Source: Phoronis australis
Lineage: Eukaryota > Animalia > Phoronida
Reading direction: 5' to 3'
NCBI GenBank assembly: GCA_002633005.1
Contig: NMRA01000294.1
Coordinates: forward strand, 426,948-490,947
DNA: 64,000 nucleotides
Shown here piece by piece: positions 49,105 to 62,394 of this stretch (positions within the stretch are counted from its first letter, which is position 1; each line of letters starts with the position of its first letter). Under the pieces are notes generated by a model. That model made no database searches, had not been told where the DNA came from, and worked only from the letters and a program-made list of their open reading frames with translations. Position numbers and translations under genes: made by a program.

Positions 49105-51697
49105 GTTATGGTTTTGATCCGTAACAGCTTCTGCTATATACGTAGAATCACAAATAGAATATCCTAAATAGGCGGTGTGGTGAGTCCGCTTTTTAAACCC
49201 ATCGACTGTTTGAACTACGGGTCGATTCCATAAATATCGCTGTACTCGCGCCTGACGCCTGACGTCAATGAAACAAATGATCGTAATTTGAAAGTTACTC
49301 AGAACGTAGCGACCATTGTCTTGACAAATTGCCTGTTGCCTTGGTTTTCTTGAATTGCTACGCGCTACCGTCGACTGCTAACGTGCTCGTGTTCGATGCC
49401 TTCGTCTTTGATGCCTTTCACCTTGAAACAATAAAGAATACATTGATTTGCAATGCGTTTTGGCACAGAAGCACTACAATTGTAGTTGTATTGCTTGGAA
49501 GGAAGGTTCTTAATATTCTCCAAATAACAGATCTTGATGAATGAAACATCTCTAACAGGCCTTTTGTTAACACAAACGATATGTGTGGGAGACCAATATT
49601 TCCAAACTGACGGAAAAAGATGAAAACAAAACACAACCGGTGAGATGCAGGATTAAAGGTGGCAACAGTCATTAATTACTAGAACACGTGATGCATGACG
49701 TAACCATTGCTCGTTGTTTGTTCCTAAAGCGATCTCATCTGGTCTGCGTTCCTTAAGAGCAAGTTTCGCGCTAAAACAACGAGATCCCCTCAAGAGCATG
49801 CATAATTGCGCGAGCGGAAGTTGAATGCTTCGCAAGTAAAGTTGGGAGTTTACTCGCATATTTTAGGAAAACAGTCGAAGCGATTGACAATACAGAAATA
49901 TCGGAGAATGTCTTTGTAAGCAAAAGCGAATTACTTCAATTCCTTAAGTCAAGGCTGCAAGTGTCTCGTGAGTTTCCGCGTTCGCAGAACACAGCCCCGG
50001 GGTATAAACACAGCCCTTGCTCCGGGACATAGACTTGCGCTTGCTGCAAAAATTCTTCGCTGTTGGAGTGGAAACATTATTCTTTCCTATCATTTAAGAA
50101 TTCTATTCCGTAATTCAACATTCAAGCTTCACCGACCAATCATTTCAGTAGGTACCATTTTGCTGGTTACGCTCAATAAAGTTTTGGTCATACTCGCGAA
50201 ACACCCACGATATTTTACGTGGTCTTGCACGAAACCTTACGGAGCGCTACCCTGCTTTTCCTTTGAAATATCGGCTGCGCATGCGGACGAGAAATTGGAA
50301 ATAAAACTTTTCCAGATGGAAACACCCAAAAATGCGAATAAATGAGAAGGATGATGATTTGATTGAAAGGACGCCGTAGTGCAATTAGTGCTTTTGTCTT
50401 GTGCATACTTCCCAAATGAAAATCCTTGTCTTCGTTGTCTTCCGATGCTCAGAACGAACCACGGATAACGGTTGAAAATCACCAAGGTACTTCACAAACA
50501 ATATCTAACTATTGCAACCGTGAACAGAAAAGCAATACATGCCAACTAAAGCAAGTAATCGAACACTACCTGGCTCGAAATAGTGGACAATGACCGTAGG
50601 AGTGACGTGTTAGAATCATATAACCCATCTACAAAGTTAAGCAGTTTTCTATGATTAACAAGCACTAGCATTTCAATAAAACTGTATTTTGTACAGTCAG
50701 CCACAATGCTCTAACAATTTTGGGAAATCACAAACTTGCGAACTACACTAGCTCAAAACCATGGCGCGGTCGGACCAAAGTTAGGTTTAAAGACGAATAG
50801 TTCAACTACTTTCGCTAACAACAAGAGTTCAGTTGTGTCCACACATATAGTGTTTATTGACAGACTGTTAGGCTCCACATCCGGTATTCAACTCTTGTCA
50901 GTTGCAGAGATAGAAAATGCATGGCCAAGGTAAGGTAAAATCGCTAACACACACCTCGGTAGAGTCGGACAGTTGAAGAACGAGTCAAATATAACGCCTC
51001 ACTCATCAGCTTTTCAAATTTCTTGTGTCTGTATTCCTACTCACTATGCAGCAGTAAAATTTCACTCGCAACAGAATGGCAACTGGCAAAATAATTCAAA
51101 AGTAAGATAGTGTTAAGCATGATACCAGTGCACAACTGCGTGACACGTACTCTACGGACGCACAGCGTTGTAATAAATACCCCATAATCAGCCTCTGTGG
51201 TATTACCAGACGTGGCTGTACGATAATGTTTCGATTTGTTTATTTGCGATGTGCATAAATCAAAACCCAACGGTTACTTCTGTAAATCAGCCATGAATAA
51301 ATAATATACAGGTTTTCACCGTACTCTCGTTTTATTAGTGTAGCAGAATTGATTTGTATTGTTGGGTCCCAATATTTATCTCTACATGTACATGCGGTAA
51401 CGTGATGCGTGACCATCGAATCCTGCTGTAAGCGCAACCAAAGAGTCACGGGATTCCGAAAAGTGGCTATTTTATATGCTTGTGGCAGATAGAGCAGCCG
51501 GATTGTTGGAATAATTCTCCCATCGATCAAAGTTTGCCTTTGATTAAATAGGCAGTTGTCAAGGAATAAGTGAAAATGAAGGCAACGAATCGCCACCAAA
51601 CTATTAGAATATGAAGGCGATCATACACTGTACGTCGCGCACAACCCTTCCGATTTCTGGTGAAATGGGCAAGTGACATGCTCTGATATTTTGTTCA

Positions 51698-53284
51698 AGG
51701 AGAATGTACACTTTTTATGTCATTTTTGTAAAAAAATACGGTTTGTTGATAATCCCAGAGTATTATTTTTCATTTAATTACGGCTTCCCGTAATTTAATT
51801 AATTAGTCATGCCCTATTCTGGAAGTGACGTTTAGTCGGTTTACAATTTCCCGCCAGTTTGTTTCTGCGTTCAAGTTCACTGTGAGGCTCTGTTCTAACG
51901 TTGTTTTCGTGCTGGTTTCGTCAAACTGTCGTCACCACTTCCCATCGACGTGTATTCCACGACAACTCATTGACGGCTGGTAGTAAATACAAATTCTGGA
52001 TGTTGTTGAACGTTTTCTTGGAGAAAAACTTGACTTTACCGAAGTCCACCGAACAGTGTCTTCCCCGACTGAAAGGTGTTTTCAGTGAAGAGAATGGTAA
52101 AGTGAACCTCGGACATCCCACGGATGGAGAAACATTTGTCCCACTTGCCCGAGTGTCCAGCGACGCAGTCCCACTGGATGGTTACCTGAGCACCTGAACA
52201 GCTCACAACACACCTGTCACCTTCTAAATACTTTAGTCAAAACCACAATAAACTTATCAATGTTTGGCTCACCGGCCTGTTCACTGGAAGACGAACTGTC
52301 CTTTTCACTGGGTAACGAACTGAGCCTATATTCACTCCCACTACTCAACATTGCTGCAGGGGTGATCACAGGCTCTGGGCTGTTGTCAACATCAGCATAT
52401 GGCGAATCACTGCTAGCTTCCGGAATTGCACACTCTGGGGGTACTTTCGGAGGCACGAGTGATAGTAGCTGAAAGGCGTCGAGTCACTGTAGAGGGCATA
52501 GCTTGCGAGGCTTCTGGCTTCAAAAATGCACTTCTCGGAGGTGGCGACGGGGCACTGCCGGGAATCAACAGCGAAGGTGTGGCACCCTTCTTCAGACGTT
52601 GTTTTGCAGGGACCTTCCTCACTTCCGCGTACATATCTCTTTCTTAATTTTGACGACGGCAGAAAATGCTTACCTCATACTCGGTAACTCTCCACTGCTT
52701 CGTACTATGGACCACAACGGCAATAAGTTTTTGACTTTTTGGTGTTATCCAGATATTGTACACAATTATTTTTTAAATGTCTTGCATCTTGCACCTATTA
52801 CTGTATTTATTATTGTAATTATGTATGCATGTGTATTATCAAATAAACTAATAACAATAATAATAATACGTTGCGTGGACGGGTAACACTGCGTTCTTCA
52901 AACGTCAACGAGCCAAGTACGGCGGAGTGTGTCATCCGTCAGAAAGCGATGTAATGGCATACCCAAAGTGCGCGTGAGACGATAATGAGTACATCCCGGT
53001 ATGCAGCAACCGTGCGGCATATAGACTGAGTCGTACACAAACGCAGACGACGACCGAACTTATCACCACCGAGGTAAAACAATGACTGACTCGACGGCTC
53101 ACGTAGTCAGACGATATGAAAACAAAATGGCGGGAACTTCTTAACCTCTTAAACGTCACTTCCGGAGAAAGGCACGACTAATTAACAAACTTACGGGAAC
53201 CCGTTATTAACTGAAAAATATGTCTGGGACAATCAATGAACCGAATTTTTACTAAAAACGACAAGAAAAAGGTTGCTTTCTCCT
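51698..53284 (-). mobile_element. Kolobok-type DNA transposon deletion derivative with THAP and transposase N-terminal remnants
   Basis: Imperfect TIRs of about 160 bp beginning AGGAGAA; flanks TTCA/TTAA. Minus-strand remnants KHF...ERDMYAEV...RLKKGATPS (THAP tail), KFIV, WDCVAGHSGKW, FSKKTFNNIQNLYLLPAV; no catalytic region seen. Confidence 0.78.
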
Positions 53285-53611
53285 TTAACTTTCTCGGGAT
53301 TCATCACTGTACCATTGAATAAAGCTACTTCGCTTTTAATGCATAGCGATATTTCGCACAGACGTGTGTGGTTTCGCTTTTTGCGAAGGAAACTCGGTCG
53401 ACGGAGCTCAACCCCGGTCATATCATACGTTGTTAATCTCGGGTACTGAAGGTCATGATTCTTATATACACTGTATACTGGACCCGGGTCTGAAGCAGTG
53501 ATTTGTTCCAGCTTAGTGTTGTCTCCAGAAGTTTCATTCTTAGAGATTAGGTATATGGCAATTTACACACCAGTTTAAATTTCCATCACAGCTAAAATAT
53601 CCGTAACTCCC

Positions 53612-53700
53612 TTGGTCGAGGTGGTAGTGTGGCCTAGTGGGCTGAGTGTCTGCCTCCTCTTCACAAGATCGTAGGTTCGATTTACAGTGGACCCTACTGC
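53612..53700 (+). repeat. tRNA-derived SINE-head-like sequence
   Basis: A box TGGCCTAGTGG, B box GGTTCGATTT. Confidence 0.5.
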
Positions 53701-53739
53701 TAAACCCTCGAGTCATGTTGATCGATTTCTTCACTGAGG

Positions 53740-56045
53740 TTGGTCGATGACTTCTTTTTCGTCGGCCCCCCATCCTTGCCGACATGCTCCCAGGACCTCG
53801 CCGCATTCATATCACTCTGCAACTCCCTAGGCATCCCTATCAACCACGACAAGACAATTCAGCCGACCACCTCCATCACCATTTATGGCATCCACAGCGA
53901 CTCTACCACCATGACTGCTTCTCTCCCACAGGACAAGGTGGACAAAGCTTCCAACCTCCTCCTCGACTTCCAGAAGCGCCGCAAGGTTGCTCTCCGCGAT
54001 CTTCAATCCCTCATTGGTCTACTAAACTTCGCCTGCTCCGTCATCGTGCTCGGCCGCTCCTTTCTGCGCCGCCTCATCAACCTCACCATTGGTATTTCGA
54101 GACCAGACCACTTCGTCACTCTCAATAAAGAAGTTCGAGCGGACCTTAGGGCTTGGTCCATCTTTGTCCGAGGCTTCAATGAGACGAGTGGACATCTTCA
54201 GACACCATCAAACTGCGGGCTCCAATGTGGGTTTTGCTGCGACATTGGGGGCTTCCGGTTTGCCTGCCCGTGGCCCGAACACCTGCAACACCATCACAAC
54301 ACCTTTAAGGAACTCCTTCCTGTCGTCATAGCGCTAGAGATGTGGGGATCGAAGCTCGCGAATAACAAGATCCTCTTCCTGTGCGACAACCGTGCCGTCG
54401 TTGACATTATCAACAAGACCTCCTCCCGTAACCCCTCCCCCATTATATCCCTTGTTCGTCGTCTGGTCAACTCCGCTCTTACCGTTAACGTTCATTTTTG
54501 GGCAAAACATATCCCTGGCTACACTAACATCATCGCTGATGCACTTTCTCGTTTCAACTTTCAGGTCGGCTTTTCTCAGGGTTCTTGGCTCAGCCCTCAT
54601 CCGACACCGACCCCGCCACACCTCCTGACCAGGCTGCTCCGGGCTTCCCTGGCCTCCTCCACTCTTCAGTCCTACACCCGCATGCTGTATAACCTTGCAC
54701 AGTTTCACCTCTCCTCTAACAACTCTCCTCTCACCTTGCCCATTAATACCTCTTTCCTGGCCCACTACATCTCCCATCTTTTCGAATCTGGCATTAGTAG
54801 CTCGTCTGCCTAGTCCTGTGTCTCTGACATTCGTTTTGTCCACAAGCTTGACCACCTCCCTGACACCACTTCCTCCTTTTTCATCAAAAAAACTCCTCAA
54901 AGTTGCTTCCAATCTGCGCTCCTCTTCCGACGCACGCATGCCCATTACTTCAGCTTTGCTTCACCGCTTGTTTGACGCCTGCCCTTCTGCACTCGGTTCT
55001 GTTGCTGACTCGGTTCTCGCACGTGCCATGTTCCTCCTAGCCTTCCATGCCTTCCTCAGAGTCGGTGAATTCACAGTCACTTACTCGCTCTCCTCCCACG
55101 TCATACAGGTCAGCGACGTCGTCTTCCCACCCTCTGGCGATTCTGTGGTCATCACTATCACTTTCAAGCACAGCTCGGGACCAGTCTCACTTACGATTCC
55201 GTCCAGTCGATCTCCCCATTGCCCGGTAGCTGACCTAACCTTGTACTTTTCTACTTTTCAGTCCTCTCCAGGCCCCCTGTTCCAACACCTCAGTAGATCA
55301 CCGGTTACACGTTCCTGTTTCAACTCCATGTTAACTACAATGGTTTCCTTTGTAGGACTCGACACCAAGTTTTATACGTCACATAGCTTTTGCACTGGGG
55401 CCGCCACATCAGCGGCCAGCCGTGGCGTCCCTGAACCGGTGATCCAACGCATGGGGCGCTTGAAATCTGACGCACTAAAAAACTACATTTCCATGTCTGC
55501 CTTTTCCTCTTCCCCAGGCTTCCTCAACTCCTGGTGAGCCTGTTGTTGCAGCTCCCCATTTCTCTCACTTTGCCTTTCAGCCCCTCCCACTGCACTGGGT
55601 CTGTTGTTTCAGCCCCCTAGGTCAGGTCTGTTGTTGCAGCCGGCCTCCTCCCGTTCGCAGGTCTGTTGTTGCAGCCTGCGGCCAAGGGTCTGTAGTTGCA
55701 GGCTTTGCTATTTCTAGTCATTAGTTCTAGTTACCTTTACTTCCATTGTTGAATTTTGCTTAGAGTTTTTATATTCTATTTTTTTATATTCTAGTTTTTA
55801 TATTCTATTTTTTTCTATTCTAGTTTTTTATATTCTAGTTTTTTATATTCTAGACTTTTGTATTTTAGTTTTCCGTTATACCGTTATTAGTACCTATATT
55901 TTATCATAGTCTACCCTTGTTATTTCCCGGGTTCCGCTTCCTCGGATGTGCGATGTCAGCATTCCCATGCTGCCATTATGGCGTTTTCTCCATGCCCATC
56001 TTGCATAGTCTTATTTAGTTTTATCTATTTACGTCATAATAAATG
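53740..56045 (+). mobile_element. 5'-truncated, inactivated Ngaro/DIRS-type tyrosine-recombinase retrotransposon (RT C-terminus, RNase H, YR)
   Basis: VDDFFFVG, LQSLIGLLNFAC, ELLPVVIALEMWG...CDNRAVV...HIPGYTNIIADALSR (RT/RNase H); LASSTLQSY, RMPIT, AFHAFLRVGEF, HSFCTGAAT...GRLKSDA.KNYI (YR). Stop at 54811-54813, frameshift in the A-run near 54890. 3' region has TCTGTTGTTGCAGC repeats and AATAAA near 56038. Confidence 0.92.
55766..55870. repeat. AT-rich simple tandem repeat (TTTTTATATTCTAG-like)
   Basis: Directly visible in the 3' region of the YR element. Confidence 0.85.
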
Positions 56046-57677
56046 ACATTATTCGCAATCCTCATCTTGTTTTACTCTGCAACATAGCTCGTAGCGTACC
56101 CCGAACAAAATAGATTACGATAAATATTAGTGAGTGAAAATAGTTCCAAGTGTTTGATACAATGTGCTGAACGGCCTGGACACCTCTGATGCAACATGCA
56201 TTAGGCCATATGCACTATTTTAAACTCGTTTTTTCACATAATCATGATAATTGTGATTGGCGTGCAAATTCCCAAGTAAGGCTCCCCAAAAATGCGAGTA
56301 ATTAGTCAATGGAATTTGATGTACTAAAATAGTTATAGGTTTATTCGATTGGACTTAACAATATCTAATGAGACTGACCAAGTTAAGTACTGTCCAGCAA
56401 ATTAAATTCCATCGATCTCTTTCTTTAAGGTAATCTGCACTTTGCTTTAGACTAATCAATTCGCCATCTGCAGTAGAGTTATCTCCCTTTTCGCAAGTGC
56501 TAAACACCATTCGGATACCTGATGTTTTCAGCACCTCAACAGAAACCAGTCGGGTAATCACTAAATGGCATTTTAAGAATGGCAGTCTCATTGAGTGTTG
56601 CGTAGCAAGGTTTATTGAGATTAGTTCTATAGCTGCACTAATGGACTAAATCACAAAAGTTAGTTTCTTCCGAATGCGGGTTTATTGCCGCTTAATATAA
56701 ATTGTTGACTCATCTAAAGTGGTTCGTGAAACTGCTGGACACCACACATATTTCCACTTGCCTTGTTGATCTGTTCTCGCGAACTATTGCTCTCCTTGTT
56801 ATTTTAATGTTAAAACAGGGTGCTGCCAGAGATATTTCGATTCGCGGCCACTGATTTTTGTTTCCACCCGGTTAATGAGTCCTCGTGGACTTGTGGAGAA
56901 ATGTGACCGGAGTAACGTTATTGTCAGCTATTTAGTACTAAGCGTTTCAGTTGGCTCTAGTCGGATCTACCTCGTTAGTGGTATTGAAGCTACTTGAAAA
57001 CGGTTCTTATGCACTGACAATAGTAGACATGGAAAAAATAAGTTGCCAGAGAGCTGCACTGTCTTGTTAGGTCCTACAGTACGATCAGTGAAGGATAATG
57101 GCGGTTTACAGCGTGGTTAGTAGCACTGGATTCGTTGAAGTTGGGTTAGTGCTGCATACGTCGAGGCTACTCGCGGGACAACGCATCGTCAGTAATGTCA
57201 GTAATATGTAGATGTATTTAATCCCTTACAACAGAATCGGCGCACTAAATGCCTTGTTACTTGCTTAAATAATCTCGACGTCACCAGTTGGTCATTTATG
57301 GGTTACTACACAGCTCTTTAATGTACAATTATTGCTTCATATCAATCTTCATCTACCAACTTCCCGCGACATCAATTGGCCAATTTATAAATCGAGCGCA
57401 TCCGCAAAATATTCGGTTTACCGGCTCATTTCACGATTTCATTGAAGTCTAGGAGCGGGAACGACTAGACGCATGCATCAATTTATGAACGTTTGGCAGA
57501 TTTTTCATTAGACCAAATTTAGCTTTGTTATCTATGTCAATGCCCTTTAAGTCACTATTGAAATTAGTGTGTCCGTTTTATTACTGCCGACCTCTGGATA
57601 CCTAGTACCGAAGCACCAGTTGTGTGAAAAAATCTAGAATATCACGCTAGTCGCTCATTCCTTTTAATTTCCTTTTT

Positions 57678-57768
57678 ATAAGTTACGTAAACATGACCTG
57701 TGCAAGACAAATAGTTGATAACAAAATAAGTTACATAAACATGACCCGTGCAAGACAAATAGTTGATA
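57678..57768. repeat. 48-bp tandem duplication
   Basis: ATAAGTTAC(G/A)TAAACATGACC(T/C)GTGCAAGACAAATAGTTGATA occurs twice. Confidence 0.9.
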
Positions 57769-60700
57769 TCAAAATGTCGACATTAATCATGCAGTTACGT
57801 TCATTTCAGCATGCTGGAGTGATATATGAATATTTGTCGTTTACGTGTCACATGGGACTCCGCTCTTGTCATTAAACGGTGCATTGAATACAAGATGAAT
57901 TGCTAAGATCGATTTCACATCCCAAAAGACTTACTAGAAGTTGATCATTTGCACCGCACTGACGCTTAACATCAGTAAAGTCTAATTTGAAGCGTTTATT
58001 CAATCCCATTGGAGCCTGAAAGTTTTCCACACATACGGTGCGCGTGTACATGCATCCACATGCCTTCACCGGAATCACTTTTCGCTTCTAAAAAAAATCG
58101 CATAAATGAACTTCCTCTCTTGATGTCACCAAGTTTAGTGGCACCATCAAGGATTGTTCGATCACGATGATGTGAGGAGTAATCAACAAGCTACCCGAAC
58201 AATGCAGCCCACGCACCTAGAACTACGTCACGGTACTACTAACTCTGTTCCCTGACTCACAAATTCGTGCTCACACTCAGAAAAACACACGTATCCAAAA
58301 ACAGCTCATGAACTCACACACTGCACTAACAAAAACGTGGATGTGCTGCGAAGAGTCTGTTGACTGTGTTCACATGTGCCAGAACTGAACTTTTAGTCCG
58401 TGAATCGTCCTTTTTGCATATTCAAGCCGTCAGTGTTTCGTGAGTGCGGGCACGAGATAATGGCCGGTGAACCGTGTTGTTCGCGATCGAAGCTTGGAGT
58501 AAGAATAGGTTCTGTACACAACGAAAATAAGGCGTCGCGAAAACATGGCACAATAGCGAGTTTTACGACATGCTTTTGATCACAAAACCAATTGCCGCTG
58601 TTTTTTGATTAGCTTTATTATTGCGCACAGAGGGCGCTTTCTTTAGGTCTGTGAGTATGGAAGATTGGTCGATTATGTTTGGAATGTCGAATTATATGAT
58701 ATAATTCACAGCTTTCCTTGCATTATCGATTAATCCTCGATGAAAGCGTTCGCGAGTGTTTTGGGTCTATGGAACGCAGCCCGGTCAGCAGGTTGAGCAC
58801 TGTGTATGGCGGACTGAGCGGTGATTTGATTTACCGTAACAGTTTCTGGCATCATTGCTCAAGTCAAAGGCACATTGTTAGGTAACAAGACTGGAAATGA
58901 AAATCTGTGCGTATCTCGGTCATGATCGGAGCTGAAAAGTCCCGAGTGGTGAAAAGTGAGGGAATACGATTTCACTCGCAGCGGTGGGCGTTTTCAAAAC
59001 GTGCCCAGTACATCCTCATTTCCGGCTGAAGGAACTACAATTTTATTAATTTCATTTTCATAGAAATCGACTGAAAGGCTCAAGATACCTAGTGATTGAA
59101 ATTTTGACCACATAGATTTAAAATAAAACAATATTACAACCGGCATGTCTGTTTGCACTTCTTCGTCCTACCTTTCAGATGAGCACATTAAATGAAGTTG
59201 GGCAAATTACGTATGACATCTTCAAAACCAAAACTCCAAGTTTCTCTCCTGGATGCTTTCAATATTTCGAGTTTTCTGAAGGTTTGACGAGCTAGGGCAT
59301 GGTCTGGGGTACGTTCCGTAGATACAAGTCACTCAGTGGCGGATGTACGTTTTCAGTAAGGGGGAGGTTTGGGATTCCCGCAAAGGTCGAATCCTACGTG
59401 CGTGGCGCCGAGCGGGGGGGGTCGGGAGGGGGGTCCCCCTTCCTGTGTAAGACATTTTTTTTGATTTTGTAGCCAAATAGTGAAACTTCCATGCATCCTG
59501 GTAAGTTTCTGGCACTTAACATGTCTCTGGAGTTTTTCTTAAGATAATTAAAAACCCTTCTCGATTTCGTCACATGAACTTGGCTCATAAGTTTCGTGAA
59601 ACCATATTGTGCACATCTGGGTATAAGTCACCCCACCAGCAAATTTTTTTGTTGGAACATCTGCTTAGACACACCTTTTTAGCACACGAAAAGTCGTATA
59701 CGAAAAAGTGTGGTGTGTATACCGGGGTTTAGACAACTTCCAAATATTCAAGAGCATAAGGAGCACCGACGGGGCGTAAAAACTTGAATACCAGATGATC
59801 GCGTAACAGCAGCCTCAAGTTGTTTAAGAACGAAGACCTGTACTATTAGTCCGGAAATAAACATGTGTTCTGTCTCGTTACGAGAAAAACTGGCGAACGA
59901 TGGTGCTCTCAACTCATAGTCTATTATTAAAAGCGACAATAAATAATTAAGTATCACTTTATTAAGCTGAATCACGTTGACAACAATTGAAAAACGTCAA
60001 ATGTTTCAGGAAACAAATCATCTGAAAACAGTTTCACGAAACCAAAACATCCTGTGCACATTGGTGAATTGATATGCTGGACTAGTTTGCAGAGGGACCA
60101 GATGTACACCGAGAGTACACAAAAAGGCTGACCTGGGCCGTCACTAGACCAAGAGTACACCTGTGCTTATTATCCCTATAAAAATAGCCTATCTGTCGCG
60201 GGACCAAACAATACTGGCGGAGATAAGCACACTTTGGTAAAAAAATCACAAGACTAGTTCGCCGAGGGACCAGAAGTACACTGGAACTCAACATCTATAC
60301 AAGTCCAGCTGGCCTGGTCCGTCGCGAGACCTAAAGTGTACTATGCAAAAAATTTTGAATTGACAACTTCTCTCTAGACATTTTTTAATCCCCAGTGGTT
60401 ACTTATACGTATCCTTCTGTTGTCAACACTGCCGAGGGATCTGTATATTGGATCCAATTGTTGATCCATTCATCTTGGACTACTTCAAAACTTGACGATG
60501 TATCCCAGGACCTATTTGCATCTCTTGCAATTTTCGAAATAAACGTCCCAATGTCTCAGCGCTTGAAACCCGAAGTACTAACATCAAATAAATGCCCATG
60601 GGCATGAGCGTTTCATCGGGTGGGCCTTTCTGCGGAAATTCCCAGTATAGAAGACGGCACTGTGTTTATTGCAGGTAGAAAGATGGTAGGTGTTGAAGTC

Positions 60701-62394
60701 GGAACTAGGGCTCCTTAGGAGGCCTATTGAACATCGCAAGAGTCCCGCAAGACTTTGTTGTGAAAGAACAGCCTCACCGCAATTTCTGGTACTGTACACT
60801 GTTTGCAAATGCGGTCACTTTGTCAATGTGAGTCTCCCCTTAGCCATTTCTTGAATAGACATAACTTGTTAGAGTGTATCTTCAAACGGACTCGCGACCA
60901 GACCACGGCGCCCGTCACAATAGCAATTCTTCGGAAAAAGAATTTTTTTCAAAAAATATTACCTGTACATGTACACTGTATGATATTGCGCAAGACAACT
61001 TTATTATACATCAGTTACAAACGTGTGGAGTGTAATAGAATGACACGGCATGACTGATGAGGTAAAAACGTTGCACGTCAATTTACCTGAATATCAGGGT
61101 TGCGGCACCACAGTATTTCCCCTTATCAAATCAAAGCAGACCTTAGAATAAAGAAGCTAGTTACCTAAAGAAATCAGCTATAGAACTGCTCTTTCAGCGG
61201 TGGGTCGATCTAAAATGCTTGTCTACTTCAGAAGTGTCGACGGAAGCGCGCGCACAATTGATCTCCGCGCGTTTTGCCGATGAGCCACGAAGACTCAGAA
61301 ATTCTCAATGTAAAAAATTATATTTTCATAGTGAACCCCCCTTATTTTTTCCAAGTTGGTTTACTTGGGGTTTACACACGCTAGCGGTGCCGTTTTTGTT
61401 TTTTTTTTTATTTTTGGGTTTCTGGCCCAAGGTGAGGGGTTAACCCCCTCAACCCCCCCCCCCCCCGTAGATCTGTCACTGGATAGACACTTGTGGAAAG
61501 AAATGTTGGCATTTTGAGATAACAAGCAGCATAACGGACATTTGGTATCAGCTCGATTTTGATAAGCTCATTTCTGTTAGCATATAAAATAGACAGGAAC
61601 CACCTGTCCACTCGTGATACAATACCTTTCGGTCAATTCAGGAACATTTATGGGTCGGATCGTTCAAACAATTCGGTCTTGTTTTGGCTTCTAAACTTGT
61701 GACTCGAAAGTCCCTTCTTGACGTCATCAGCAGTCTGGAGCCGATTGATTACCTATAGTGGTGTGTTCTTATCACTCTCGGGAGACAATAATTCGGCGTA
61801 ACTGGTTCAGTGACGTTACTTCAATTTCTCATACATTCAGGAGCTAGGATTGAAACATTTACCTTTGACAGTGCTGTCAGTTACCGGAGACGCATTCCTC
61901 TATTTATTTGCAATAGTATCTTTTGGCTGTGTATGTTCTTGTACTTATATTTATTAAAAGAGGCCTGTGTTATACTTAACTTAGATCACCATGGAAATTC
62001 TTCAGTCTTGAATTTTACCTTCTTGGCGTCTCGTTTTACGGAATTCCGCACCCTTGTCGACGTTTCACTACGCTTCCGCTGCTTTTCTACGACAACTTGC
62101 AACCTGGTTGTTTTTTGCTCTGAACAGGTATAGGCGTTAACTGTTATTCACTTTTTATTAATTTTTACACCATATTGGCAAGCCATTCATCATATGTGAG
62201 ATCGAAATACTAATAGCACTGTAATGGATGTCATTTTGATATCAAAAAATGTTGAAGTTAGCTATCTAATCAATTTCGTACTGCGTTATTGTCATTATTT
62301 AGCACGGATAGAGGTATAATTAACAAATTTCCAAAAATTGCCGACAATCGGTTATGGAAAGGTTACAGCAAATCTGTCCCATAACTTAATATTT

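Noticed and set aside
54334-54945. 203-aa minus-strand ORF
   Set aside because: Antisense shadow of the C-rich RNase H/YR coding strand.
56300-57300. Possible CR1/L2 LINE relic on the minus strand
   Set aside because: Only faint resemblance (QSADYL...W, GVQQ); not enough to call.
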